From the IMG/VR virus record IMGVR_UViG_3300001580_000006, positions 128,001 through 192,000 of that record: a stretch of DNA of 64,000 nt; one strand, written 5' to 3'. Below are positions 18,049 through 26,537 of the stretch, one piece after another. A program made the translations under genes and the position numbers. Source of the stretch: a virus (taxonomy: Duplodnaviria > Caudoviricetes). The notes below the pieces were generated by a model. The model was not told the DNA's origin. It was given only the letters and a program-made list of their open reading frames with translations, and did no database searches. Within the stretch, counting starts at the first letter, position 1. Every line of letters begins with the position of its first letter.

Positions 18049-18570
18049 CTAATCAGATAGTTGCATATTCAATCTTCTTGCCATACTTTTGCTAAAGGTT
18101 CCAACGGCTGGACGTCGGCCATTCTTTGCTATGCTTTTGGCGTAGGCTATCCCTTCTGGAAAATCATTGTTGACAAATAGCACTACGTCCCCTTCTTTAA
18201 GCGTATAGTTAGGTCTACGCTTTATACCATTAATCATGGTCGCGTTGGTACTGTACCGCGTCTTACCAAAGTAGTACTTGTATAGCTCACCAGCAGTGGT
18301 GCTATTCTTAATAGCCACCTGCTCTACTGGCCCTGGTATTCTACCAGCAGTAATGATTATGTTGCTAGCCAGCGTAAACTTTATGTCGAAAGACTCGGAA
18401 GGGGGGAATTGCGAAGAAGGGAGGGAAGACGTACGGCTTGGTTTCTTCGTAGTATTTTCACACTCTTCATTTTTAATCTCATTGGCCAGCTCGTTGTCTT
18501 CTACGCTACATTTATCACAAAGAGACTTCCCCTCATCGGCAAAACGTTTGCATAATTTACATTGTGGCAT
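18049..18570 (-). CDS. Zn finger plus ubiquitin-like domain protein
   Basis: CKLC...CDKC; GRIPG..V.IKNSTTAGEL...ING...LKEGDVV. Confidence 0.55.
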   Translation of the reverse strand: MPQCKLCKRFADEGKSLCDKCSVEDNELANEIKNEECENTTKKPSRTSSLPSSQFPPSESFDIKFTLASNIIITAGRIPGPVEQVAIKNSTTAGELYKYYFGKTRYSTNATMINGIKRRPNYTLKEGDVVLFVNNDFPEGIAYAKSIAKNGRRPAVGTFSKSMARRLNMQLSD

Positions 18571-18690
18571 AATACCTAATCTTTATAATTACAATCCAAA
18601 CATACTTGATTTTGACTGACGTCTGGGTCAATCGCTAAGAAGTTTTTGCTACCACAGCTAGGACAGCTTAATCCAAGCCACTGCAGGAAC

Positions 18691-19116
18691 TTAGTCCATG
18701 GACTGAAGTTCTTTCTTTCTGTCTTTTCTTTCTCGCTCACGCTTTTTCCTTGGGCGCAGTGCAGCTTCTAGCTCTCCTTTCCACACCACGTCCCATTCAT
18801 GGTTCTTTATTCTTATGACCCTATACTTTTGCTCTGATTTAATACAGGCGGCAATAACTTTTCTTCCTACTGTGTCAAAGCCTTTTTCGGTAAAGAAGAA
18901 CCGACAGTTGCGATTCACCGCTCTTGTCGGCCCCATTATATCATCTATCCAGGCACTAACAACCTCGTCGGTTGTAATGCCGCATAGACCATGTTTATAT
19001 GCTGAGAACTTTAATTTAGACTTATGGCCAACTGTCATATGGATGCCAAGTTCTTTGGCTAGTCTAAGTGCATTGTCAATGCTATATTCGTTGATAACTT
19101 CGATACGATAGTACAT
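18691..19116 (-). CDS. hypothetical protein
   Basis: ORF in gene run. Confidence 0.55.
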   Translation of the reverse strand: MYYRIEVINEYSIDNALRLAKELGIHMTVGHKSKLKFSAYKHGLCGITTDEVVSAWIDDIMGPTRAVNRNCRFFFTEKGFDTVGRKVIAACIKSEQKYRVIRIKNHEWDVVWKGELEAALRPRKKRERERKDRKKELQSMD

Positions 19117-19396
19117 TAATTATACAGTTCTTCTGCAGCTTCTGCTGCTCTATCCATTATTGGCTCATACTGGTCATTATCATACTGAAATGGGTCTGGG
19201 CTAGACGTGCGTACTTTGCAAGCTGGGTGTATACCAGCTTCGTCAAATAGATAGTTTATTATGCTGCCTGCACTTACTCCAACTACCATAGCTTCTAAAG
19301 TGGAAGCTGATAGATTTGGTAGGTGTAGATCTCTTATGCTTATTTCGTCGCGTTCAGCCCAAGATTTACTTGTACTCATCTTAACTGCTCTCCTAC

Positions 19397-19472
19397 TGGT
19401 TGCGGGGGCAGGAATCGAACCTGCGACCGTATGGGTTATGAGCCCAACAAGCTACCTCTGCTACACCCCGCG
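19397..19472 (-). tRNA. tRNA-Met(CAT), initiator type
   Basis: C1:A72 mismatch, GGG/CCC anticodon stem, CT-CAT-AA loop, TTCGA T-loop, encoded CCA. Confidence 0.92.
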
Positions 19473-19483
19473 ATGAAATCGTT

Positions 19484-19512
19484 TTGGTTTTTGCTAACTA
19501 ATATGTTATAAT
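19484..19512 (+). promoter_or_regulatory. extended -10 promoter for the HNH gene
   Basis: TG-T-TATAAT at 19504-19512; AAAGGAG RBS downstream. Confidence 0.55.
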
Positions 19513-19547
19513 ATAAGTAGTTATAGTAACTTTAAAGGAGTATACTT

Positions 19548-20111
19548 ATGAAAAGTCTTAATGGGCCAAAGGCCGGTGGCGCTATCCGCGCTGTTCAGCA
19601 GCGTAGAGACTCGATACAGAAGTACTACGAAAACCCTAAATTATGTCTTAATTGTGGTAAAGTTATAGAAGTTGGTGACCGCAAGGTTAGTGATGTTCGT
19701 ACGTGTTCATACTGTAGTCATTCTTGCGCCGCTAAAGCCAGCAATCATGCTAGAGGTTGTTCTCCCAAGGTGACTTGCACTAAATGTGGTTGTAGTCTTA
19801 GAGTTAAGTCCTCCAAAGCAAGAGGAACATGTGGCAACTGCTACAAGACTTTACTATTTGGTAGACGACGTAAGGACCAAGTACTACGTACTACTATAGG
19901 TGCACATGCTAGAACCTTATATATGAACAGTGATTTACCAAAAACCTGTTTTTCTTGTGGCTATGGCAAACATATTGAAGTTTGTCATATACGTAGTGTA
20001 TCCTCTTTTCCGCCATCGGCTTTAATAGAGGAGATTAACGCGCTAGATAATCTCAAAGCTCTATGTCCAAATCATCATTGGGAGTATGACCAGGATATAG
20101 AGCACGACTAA
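19548..20111 (+). CDS. HNH endonuclease with Zn fingers (probable free-standing homing endonuclease)
   Basis: CFSCG...EVCHI...N..NLKALCPNHH; YCSHSCA; only well-supported plus-strand gene. Confidence 0.85.
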   Translation: MKSLNGPKAGGAIRAVQQRRDSIQKYYENPKLCLNCGKVIEVGDRKVSDVRTCSYCSHSCAAKASNHARGCSPKVTCTKCGCSLRVKSSKARGTCGNCYKTLLFGRRRKDQVLRTTIGAHARTLYMNSDLPKTCFSCGYGKHIEVCHIRSVSSFPPSALIEEINALDNLKALCPNHHWEYDQDIEHD

Positions 20112-20399
20112 CCCCTATTACTCCACCCCGCTATATAATGTTGACGTGATATACTTCCTGTATATCGTATTTTACTATTGCTGGTACTTTATCTCTACAG
20201 CCACTTTGTGTCATATCGTTGTCTGGAACTAGATCCCAAAACGTGTCGTACAGCTCTAGCCACTTATCTGTAGATAGCTTTTTATTATATGTAGCTTTGT
20301 GTGTGGCTACGGCTTCTTCAAACACTCTTTTATTTCTACAAGCAGCGTAGTGAATCTCGTCGCTATCAATCCACACTACAAGCCAGGCTTTTGGTTTGC

Positions 20400-21236
20400 T
20401 CATAGTTTGCTAACAGCTTCTGCTATCTTTGGCAGCCACTTTTCGTATTTGGCTTTCCGCGTAGCATCATTGTCTGAACAATGGTCATAGTTATACTGCA
20501 TATCAGCTAGCTTTACTTCTAAGACTAGCTTAATCCCAGATGCGATAAGCCTCTCCATATACATGTCGTAGGTCTCTGTTTTAGATCGAGAAAGCTCTTG
20601 TACACAAGTAGCAAGACGTTTTGGTATACCCTTAGTTATTAGGTCTTCAATAGTAATACCGCTATCCTCTATGACATCGTGTAGTATGGCAACTATCTGA
20701 TGATTCATGTCGACGAATTTATTAGCTATTGACATAGGGTGTATGATATATGGATCGCCGGCATAGTTTTGCCCAGCGTGTGCCTTTAAGGCTATAGCTA
20801 CAGCTTTATCATACATTTGGGTATGATAGCGCGCATCGTTTTTCCAGATGTGCAACATCTTGTTGATCTTTTCGAGCTGCACCTGTGCTGTTGCGGCGTC
20901 TACTGGATCTGAGGGGCGAAGGCCCTCCAAATCTTCCTTAAGAAAACGTAGTGCTTTAATAGCTTCTGGATCTGGGTTGTACGGTGGTTGATCAACAATT
21001 ACGTAGCGTGCGGCAAGCTCCTTTGCCAGGTGTCTCATATAAGCAGCTTCAGCACCAGAAGCATGACACTCTTTGATAATGCTATCAACTACGGTATTGT
21101 ATTTATCATTTGACACGCTATCTATAAGACAATCGTCACCCATGAACCGTACGTCGGCTTTGCAGTTAATACAACGATAATTCTCGTCCTTGTCGTACTT
21201 AAGTGTGAACTGCCCACACGCTTTACAGTAGTACAT
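20400..21236 (-). CDS. HD-domain (p)ppGpp hydrolase-like protein (SpoT/Mesh1-type) with N-terminal Zn ribbon
   Basis: AHAGQ...PYIIHP...AILHDVIED...VKLAD. Confidence 0.8.
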   Translation of the reverse strand: MYYCKACGQFTLKYDKDENYRCINCKADVRFMGDDCLIDSVSNDKYNTVVDSIIKECHASGAEAAYMRHLAKELAARYVIVDQPPYNPDPEAIKALRFLKEDLEGLRPSDPVDAATAQVQLEKINKMLHIWKNDARYHTQMYDKAVAIALKAHAGQNYAGDPYIIHPMSIANKFVDMNHQIVAILHDVIEDSGITIEDLITKGIPKRLATCVQELSRSKTETYDMYMERLIASGIKLVLEVKLADMQYNYDHCSDNDATRKAKYEKWLPKIAEAVSKL

Positions 21237-21382
21237 CTTTCTCCTATCTAGTTTGTAATAGCTGACATATGTTTCATTGTCAATTTAAGTGCGAAGGTCT
21301 TCCCACGAGTTTACGTGCGTCTACGCCTCACTTTCCTTACACACTATTACGGCCGACGTAACCTGAGTCTTTAACTAGAACT

Positions 21383-21475
21383 TGGTGGACTGCACAGGGT
21401 TCTAACCTGTGTCTCTAGGACTAATATCCAACGTCTTGGAACGCCTTCAAGAGTTTTCCATTAAACTAGCAGCCC
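21383..21475 (-). ncRNA. atypical 93-nt tRNA-like RNA with Ala identity (G3:U70, A73)
   Basis: Acceptor GGGCTGC/GCAGTCC-A-CCA, D arm GTTT/AAAC, T arm ACAGG-TTAGAAC-CCTGT; no canonical anticodon loop. Confidence 0.7.
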
Positions 21476-21480
21476 ATATT

Positions 21481-21556
21481 TGGTCGGAGACCCCGGGCTC
21501 GAACCGGGGGCTTCATGCTCCCAAAGCATGCACGCTACCAACTGCGTTAGTCTCCG
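21481..21556 (-). tRNA. tRNA-Pro(TGG)
   Basis: CGGAGAC/GTCTCCG-A-CCA, CATGC-TT-TGG-GA-GCATG anticodon arm, TTCGA T-loop. Confidence 0.93.
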
Positions 21557-21806
21557 ATTTGTTGTGGTAGTGCTTCTATGTAACCCCAGTGGTCTACTAT
21601 TTTGCTCACTTCAAGCCAGCGGTTTTTGTATGGTCCCACACTGTGTGGGAAGTGCACCAGAACCTTTGAGCCGCTAGGAGAAACCTCACGGATAACAATT
21701 TCTAAGAAGTCACTACTGCAGTAGATATCTTGTACAAGAATACGTTTACCTACCAGTAGCTTTATTATTTCCAGTGAAAGTTTTTGTTCCATTGTTCTCC
21801 GTATAA

Positions 21807-22091
21807 CCGCTCTCGCCGACAGCCTGAGGTAGATGGATGTCCAAAGGCAACCTACCTTTTTGCCAGGATTTTATGGCTATCTTGATTCTTACTGTCGTAA
21901 GTCATTAAAGGCCTTTTCTATTTTTCATCGCAAGGCAACTCGATTCAAACTTGGTAACTTAATGCTTGAGTCTTCAAATTAATTGCATTAGGGATACAGT
22001 CAAATGACCGTATAAATATGCATTAGTTATTTCAAATCGTTTCTAACCCTCACGAGGGCCTCTGTGTTCCCTTTTTACGTCGGTAAAGCGG
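21807..22091 (-). ncRNA. candidate ~285-nt structured RNA downstream of DIP1984-like gene
   Basis: Closing stem CCGCTTTACCGAC/GTCGGCGAGAGCGG; no long ORF; two runs of 7-8 nt periodic units. Confidence 0.55.
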
Positions 22092-22097
22092 AACTTG

Positions 22098-22619
22098 TTA
22101 TTTCGGGGCTTCTATTAGATCCATAGTGGCATTAATAACTTCCAGGCGAGACTCGATGTTGTCATATAGGTCTTGCCAGAACCCCATGCGCTCATTCTTC
22201 TCCTGCTCGTTGTAGAACTTAACTACGCCCGGGCTGGCCTGGCTTGCCACCTTTAGGGACTGCGTCTTAGCCCTTTCCTCAGTCAAGGATTTCCATAGGG
22301 ATATTGCTAAGTGCGCGCCTTTGCGGCGGATGTTGAGCAGTGTGTTGAGAGAGTACTTCTTTCCGCCCATCTCAACAGTCAGCATGACATTGGTGTAATC
22401 AATGTCACGCTTCAGCTTCAGATACCGCTGAACCAGGTCTTCGCCGGACTGCATCATCGACTTAAGCTCCTTAGTCTGTTCGCTCTCGTCTTTGAACGCC
22501 GGCTTCATGTAGGCTGGGATGGCAGCATACTCGGTGACCTGTGCGCCCAAGCTAGCCAAGCGCTTCTCGATGATCTTCAGCTCTTTAAGGCCTTCGATTA
22601 TTTTCATTGTGTCCTCCAC
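22098..22619 (-). CDS. DIP1984-like coiled-coil protein
   Basis: MKIIEGL..., IDYTN..TV, RLEVINATMDLIE resemble the DIP1984-type pattern. Confidence 0.55.
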   Translation of the reverse strand: MEDTMKIIEGLKELKIIEKRLASLGAQVTEYAAIPAYMKPAFKDESEQTKELKSMMQSGEDLVQRYLKLKRDIDYTNVMLTVEMGGKKYSLNTLLNIRRKGAHLAISLWKSLTEERAKTQSLKVASQASPGVVKFYNEQEKNERMGFWQDLYDNIESRLEVINATMDLIEAPK

Positions 22620-22638
22620 ATTTATTTATAGTTATGGA

Positions 22639-23112
22639 TTAAACTCCATCATGCTGAGTGTGGTGCTTGGCAATCTTCGTTACTGGACGAAGCTTGGCTA
22701 ACTCCTCTTCCTTCTTAGCCATCTTCTCTCTTTCCTCGGCCGCGTACAAGCGGCTAAGATGCTTGACGTATATCTTGCGGTGCCGGTGCACGTCTTCTAG
22801 CATTCCTTCTGCCTTCTTCTCCAAGATAAGATTCTTTAGCCGGTCATTGCACCTAGAGACGGCTTCGCCATATCTTTCGGTGGCACTGTACTTCATGTAC
22901 GGATTGTTCCTAGCCCGCTCTATTGCAACAGTGCGTCCTCTCTTACGAGAGTAGTTATCTAAGGCATTGTGTAGCACAATACCAATAGATATTTCGTCAT
23001 TATCGTACCTTGCGGCCACAGTAATGCCGCCGCTATTTTTGCAGCAGCCGCCTCCGCATGGGGGTTGATGTCGTATGAACAATAGTTCCATGGCTGACTC
23101 CTTATAGTCCAT
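22639..23112 (-). CDS. hypothetical phage protein
   Basis: GGITVA...DNYSRKRGRTVA. Confidence 0.55.
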   Translation of the reverse strand: MDYKESAMELLFIRHQPPCGGGCCKNSGGITVAARYDNDEISIGIVLHNALDNYSRKRGRTVAIERARNNPYMKYSATERYGEAVSRCNDRLKNLILEKKAEGMLEDVHRHRKIYVKHLSRLYAAEEREKMAKKEEELAKLRPVTKIAKHHTQHDGV

Positions 23113-24262
23113 GTTTTAATTGATATTCAGGGCTTATAACTTTTAGTTGTACTCTGCCAAGTTTTGGATGCTTGCGTTCTACTGTAGGTTTCCACACTAG
23201 TCCCTCTCTTAGTTCACTAGCTAGTAATGCACTTGGTCCATTAGAGAACTCAACCATCTTGTCTTTGGCTGGCAGCTCTCCTTTATAAACTACTGGTACA
23301 AACGGTAGTCCTAACTCTTCTGCTATCTTCGTAGCCATATCGTGATTGACGTACACACCTGCAATCATTATGTCGAAGACCCTAAAGTCGTTTTGTACTA
23401 ATTTATAAACGTTGCGAACAGCAGCTCCTACCGATGGTCCTATAACCTCTGCCTGCACTGCGATATCTCCACTATCGAAGCCGAACGAGTTGCTTTCAAA
23501 GAACTTACGCAGTCGTTTCTCTACGTCCCAGCGTTTAGAAACCTCTACCCAGTGATTCTTGCCATCGAAGTTTTTGCCTACGCCAAGCTTACGCAGCAAC
23601 CAGAGGACAGCTCTATTCCATAGTTTGCCTTCTCCAGAACGGTACTTTAGTACAGACCTAGAGCATACACCATAGACCCCATCTTTCAAATAGAACGTGG
23701 AGGAGCAGCCCTCAAGCTTTTCTGTGGCAACATATTCGCCAGGGAATTGGTCGAATACATCTGGATAATTCTGCCACCTTTCAGAATCAGTCTGAGGGAT
23801 GTGCTCTGGAAAGTGATATTTCTTCCTCGCCCAGCTAACACGCTTTAGTAAGAATCTTTGTAGCTTGCCATATGATTCTCTCTTATCTAGCTCCTCAAGA
23901 GGTTCGTACTTCGCTATATCATAGAACTTACTAGCGTCATCACCTTCCTTCATACCAGCTGGGCAAGGCTGCAACAAACCCTGGGATAGAACTCCACCCA
24001 TCTTCATAGTACGTAGACGATACTCGGCTTTGTCCTTAGCACGAGCTTTTAAAAAGCCGAACTCTGGTCTATCCATTTTTAGTATGGAATCAGGAGGCAT
24101 AAAGGTAACAAGGTCGCCTACTTTATAGTTACCTTTTTGATCTATTACTTGGTAGCCAAGTACATAATATAGCTCTATGCGGTCTTTGCCTTCAATTGGC
24201 TCAACCTTTAGGATTTTGGTAATAGGGCAAGTAAACGTGCTCATTGGTGGTTCTTTTTCCAC
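23102..24262 (-). CDS. RNA ligase (DRB0094/Rnl2-like) with N-terminal OB domain
   Basis: PIEGKDRIE, GVLSQGL, TEKLEG, CSR, AEVIG, FRVFDI, REGLVWK, KVIS..Y. Confidence 0.88.
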   Translation of the reverse strand: MEKEPPMSTFTCPITKILKVEPIEGKDRIELYYVLGYQVIDQKGNYKVGDLVTFMPPDSILKMDRPEFGFLKARAKDKAEYRLRTMKMGGVLSQGLLQPCPAGMKEGDDASKFYDIAKYEPLEELDKRESYGKLQRFLLKRVSWARKKYHFPEHIPQTDSERWQNYPDVFDQFPGEYVATEKLEGCSSTFYLKDGVYGVCSRSVLKYRSGEGKLWNRAVLWLLRKLGVGKNFDGKNHWVEVSKRWDVEKRLRKFFESNSFGFDSGDIAVQAEVIGPSVGAAVRNVYKLVQNDFRVFDIMIAGVYVNHDMATKIAEELGLPFVPVVYKGELPAKDKMVEFSNGPSALLASELREGLVWKPTVERKHPKLGRVQLKVISPEYQLKHGL

Positions 24263-24686
24263 TCCTTTAGTGTATATGATGGGTCATAGCTACAACTTTG
24301 GCAGATGTGGCCTGGGAATGCAAATGTTTTGCAGTTTGGGCATCTCCATGCACCAACATAGTCTACAAATGACATAGCGTTAGAGAGCTCCTGCTCTATT
24401 AGCTTAAATTCGTCTGTGGTACTGTGTGCTTCTGACAAAGACGTTAGCCAACTACATTTCTGACATAAAGGGTGTTTTCCGCCAGGGCACTCCGCCCTTT
24501 CATCAAATGCTAAAGGTTTTGTGTAATAGTTTGCACACGGTGGCCTTACTTCATTAGCAAGGTGTTTGTCAAGAAGCTCAGTATGCAAGTTACTTAAGTT
24601 GTCGAGGGCCTTGGTTGGAATCTTGTTGCCATGCCTATATGGTGCTGTAACTTTATTTACAGCAAGCAACAACTTTTCGTAATCTG

Positions 24687-25289
24687 TCATTGATATAATC
24701 CACCATCAGTTATGTACTTAGCTACCGCTTCTGGAACAAGGTGTGCTATGTGACCCTGACTTTCTACTATTGCTCTGATAGATGTTGAGCTTATGTTAAG
24801 GTTGTCTACATTTATTAGCTTAAGCTTACTTCGCCATTTATCTGGTATGTCATAACCAAGCCTTGACATTACGCAAACAGTAGATAACTCAAATAGTCGA
24901 TCTGGGTCTTTCCAAGTAGATAGCTCCGCTGCTTGATCAGTTCCCATCAGTAGGAATAGTTCGCAATGCTTTCCGACCCCCTCTCTCATATGAGCTAAGG
25001 TGTCTACTGTATATGAAATATCGCTGTTGTTTACTTCGTAGTCAGAATAAAGAAATGTTGGACGGAAAGGCTTGGGCTCAGAGTATGGCTCTATTGCAAG
25101 CTTTACCATCTCTAAGCGCGTCTTAGCACTAGTAGCGTATCTACGCTTATGAGGAGATTTATTTCCTGTCGGAATAAAAATTACTCCGTCGAGCCCTAAC
25201 TGTAGCCCGGCGGAGTAGGCAGAACTTAGGTGACCGTTGTGTATTGGGTCAAAGGTGCCACCGAACACCCCTATTTTTGCTTTGTGCAT
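24687..25289 (-). CDS. nadD: nicotinate-nucleotide adenylyltransferase
   Basis: GGTFDPIHNGH, SYTVDTL, LMGTD, W, ISSTSIR. Confidence 0.92.
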   Translation of the reverse strand: MHKAKIGVFGGTFDPIHNGHLSSAYSAGLQLGLDGVIFIPTGNKSPHKRRYATSAKTRLEMVKLAIEPYSEPKPFRPTFLYSDYEVNNSDISYTVDTLAHMREGVGKHCELFLLMGTDQAAELSTWKDPDRLFELSTVCVMSRLGYDIPDKWRSKLKLINVDNLNISSTSIRAIVESQGHIAHLVPEAVAKYITDGGLYQ

Positions 25290-25508
25290 CCGTAGGCCAT
25301 CTTCCTTGGTAGTTCTTTCATTTGGTACTCGTCTAGCGACAGCGATACTCCACAGTTTTTACAGAAGAACTTAGTATACTTAATGGTTTCTCCATTCGGC
25401 CTTCGTACACCAGTATCTATAATCTCTGGGTGTTGTAAATCAAAGTCACGCTTTGTGTTGCTGATTTTAATGTTTCTGAGAAGTTTTTGCAGTTTGTTCA
25501 TAATGATG

Positions 25509-25639
25509 TGGTAGGGGAGCCAGGGGTCGAACCTGGAACCTCACGCTCCTAATGCGAAGTAACCCTAATCTACACTAGGCATAAGCCAGAATTAGCGACT
25601 AAGGCAACGGATGCGCTCTGCCAATTGAGCTACTCCCCT
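25509..25639 (-). ncRNA. tRNA (anticodon TAG) interrupted at position 29/30 by a 55-nt Y-RNA-like module
   Basis: Acceptor AGGGGAG/CTCCCCT-A-CCA, D and T arms intact; deleting 25556-25610 gives a 76-nt cloverleaf with CATGC-AT-TAG-GA-GCGTG. Confidence 0.82.
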
Positions 25640-25866
25640 ACATTTAAGTTTTCCTTATGTGCTTTATTGATGTACCACAATGTGGACAGTGCTGTATTCT
25701 ATAAAACTTACCAACTGTTGGTGTTATAAAAAAGTTTAGGTCATGGTCTGTCCACGGTGTGGTAATTACTCTCTGTAGCAGTATGTCCTCTGCCATATCC
25801 TTACAGCAGAACTCTATTGCAGAGACGTTCCATTTTTCTTTATAGTGTACTGTCATAACTTCCTTT

Positions 25867-26000
25867 TGGTGGGGGAGGACCGATTTGAACGGCCAACCTA
25901 CGGATTAATAGTCGAAGGATTCCTAGTCTTCACCAGGCTTACGCCGGGACCGGCGACTAGGCCTTTGTTTCGTTGCTCTAGCCAGTTGAGCTACTCCCCC
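25867..26000 (-). ncRNA. tRNA (anticodon ATT) interrupted at position 29/30 by a 57-nt Y-RNA-like module
   Basis: Acceptor GGGGGAG/CTCCCCC-A-CCA; deleting 25914-25970 gives a 77-nt cloverleaf with ACGGA-CT-ATT-AA-TCCGT. Confidence 0.82.
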
Positions 26001-26005
26001 AAAGT

Positions 26006-26206
26006 TTACTTGCTACTAGACGTTGAGTTCTTAAAAAGGACTGAGCATAGAAGATAAAGCCCCAACGCCTGCCAAAACGTGATGGTTGGTATGCCAAACA
26101 GCATTGGCATTAACCAATTCCACAGCCACATAATTGGAAAACCCAGTATCAGCCCAGTTATGCCTATGATAGCCAGACCTAGTAGAAAACCTAAAAGTAT
26201 TACCAT
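26006..26206 (-). CDS. small membrane protein
   Basis: Hydrophobic throughout; WLWNWLMP...PTITFWQALGL. Confidence 0.7.
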   Translation of the reverse strand: MVILLGFLLGLAIIGITGLILGFPIMWLWNWLMPMLFGIPTITFWQALGLYLLCSVLFKNSTSSSK

Positions 26207-26226
26207 TGTTTCTCCTAAAGTTTGTA

Positions 26227-26255
26227 ATTATATCACAAAATTGTTTAAAAGTCAA
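26227..26255 (-). promoter_or_regulatory. sigma70-type promoter upstream of the interrupted tRNAs
   Basis: TTGACT-17 nt-TATAAT with extended -10 TG. Confidence 0.8.
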
Positions 26256-26537
26256 GTACTTTCTTGTGTGTGCCCGAGTTTCATTTCCTGCCTTTTGTTT
26301 TGATCAAACATATCTTCCTGATGAATGACCCACAGCCCAACATCACCTAGCTTCATGTCAAATACAAGGGCTATAGCTTCTTCGTTGACGATAATAAGGT
26401 CTCCATTAAATGATTTCACCAGTGCATTAATTGAGTATAGCACAGGTCTTACGCCGATTCTAATAGCCAAGCCATCGGCTGTCTTGACAAAGAATGCTTT
26501 GTCACCAATTCTGAATAAAGCCTTATGAGGCAAGCTG

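Noticed and set aside
25556-25970. Group I or bulge-helix-bulge introns as the explanation for the tRNA insertions
   Set aside because: 55-57 nt is far too short for a group I intron and I see no bulge-helix-bulge at the junctions; the inserts instead match the Ro60-adjacent RNAs.
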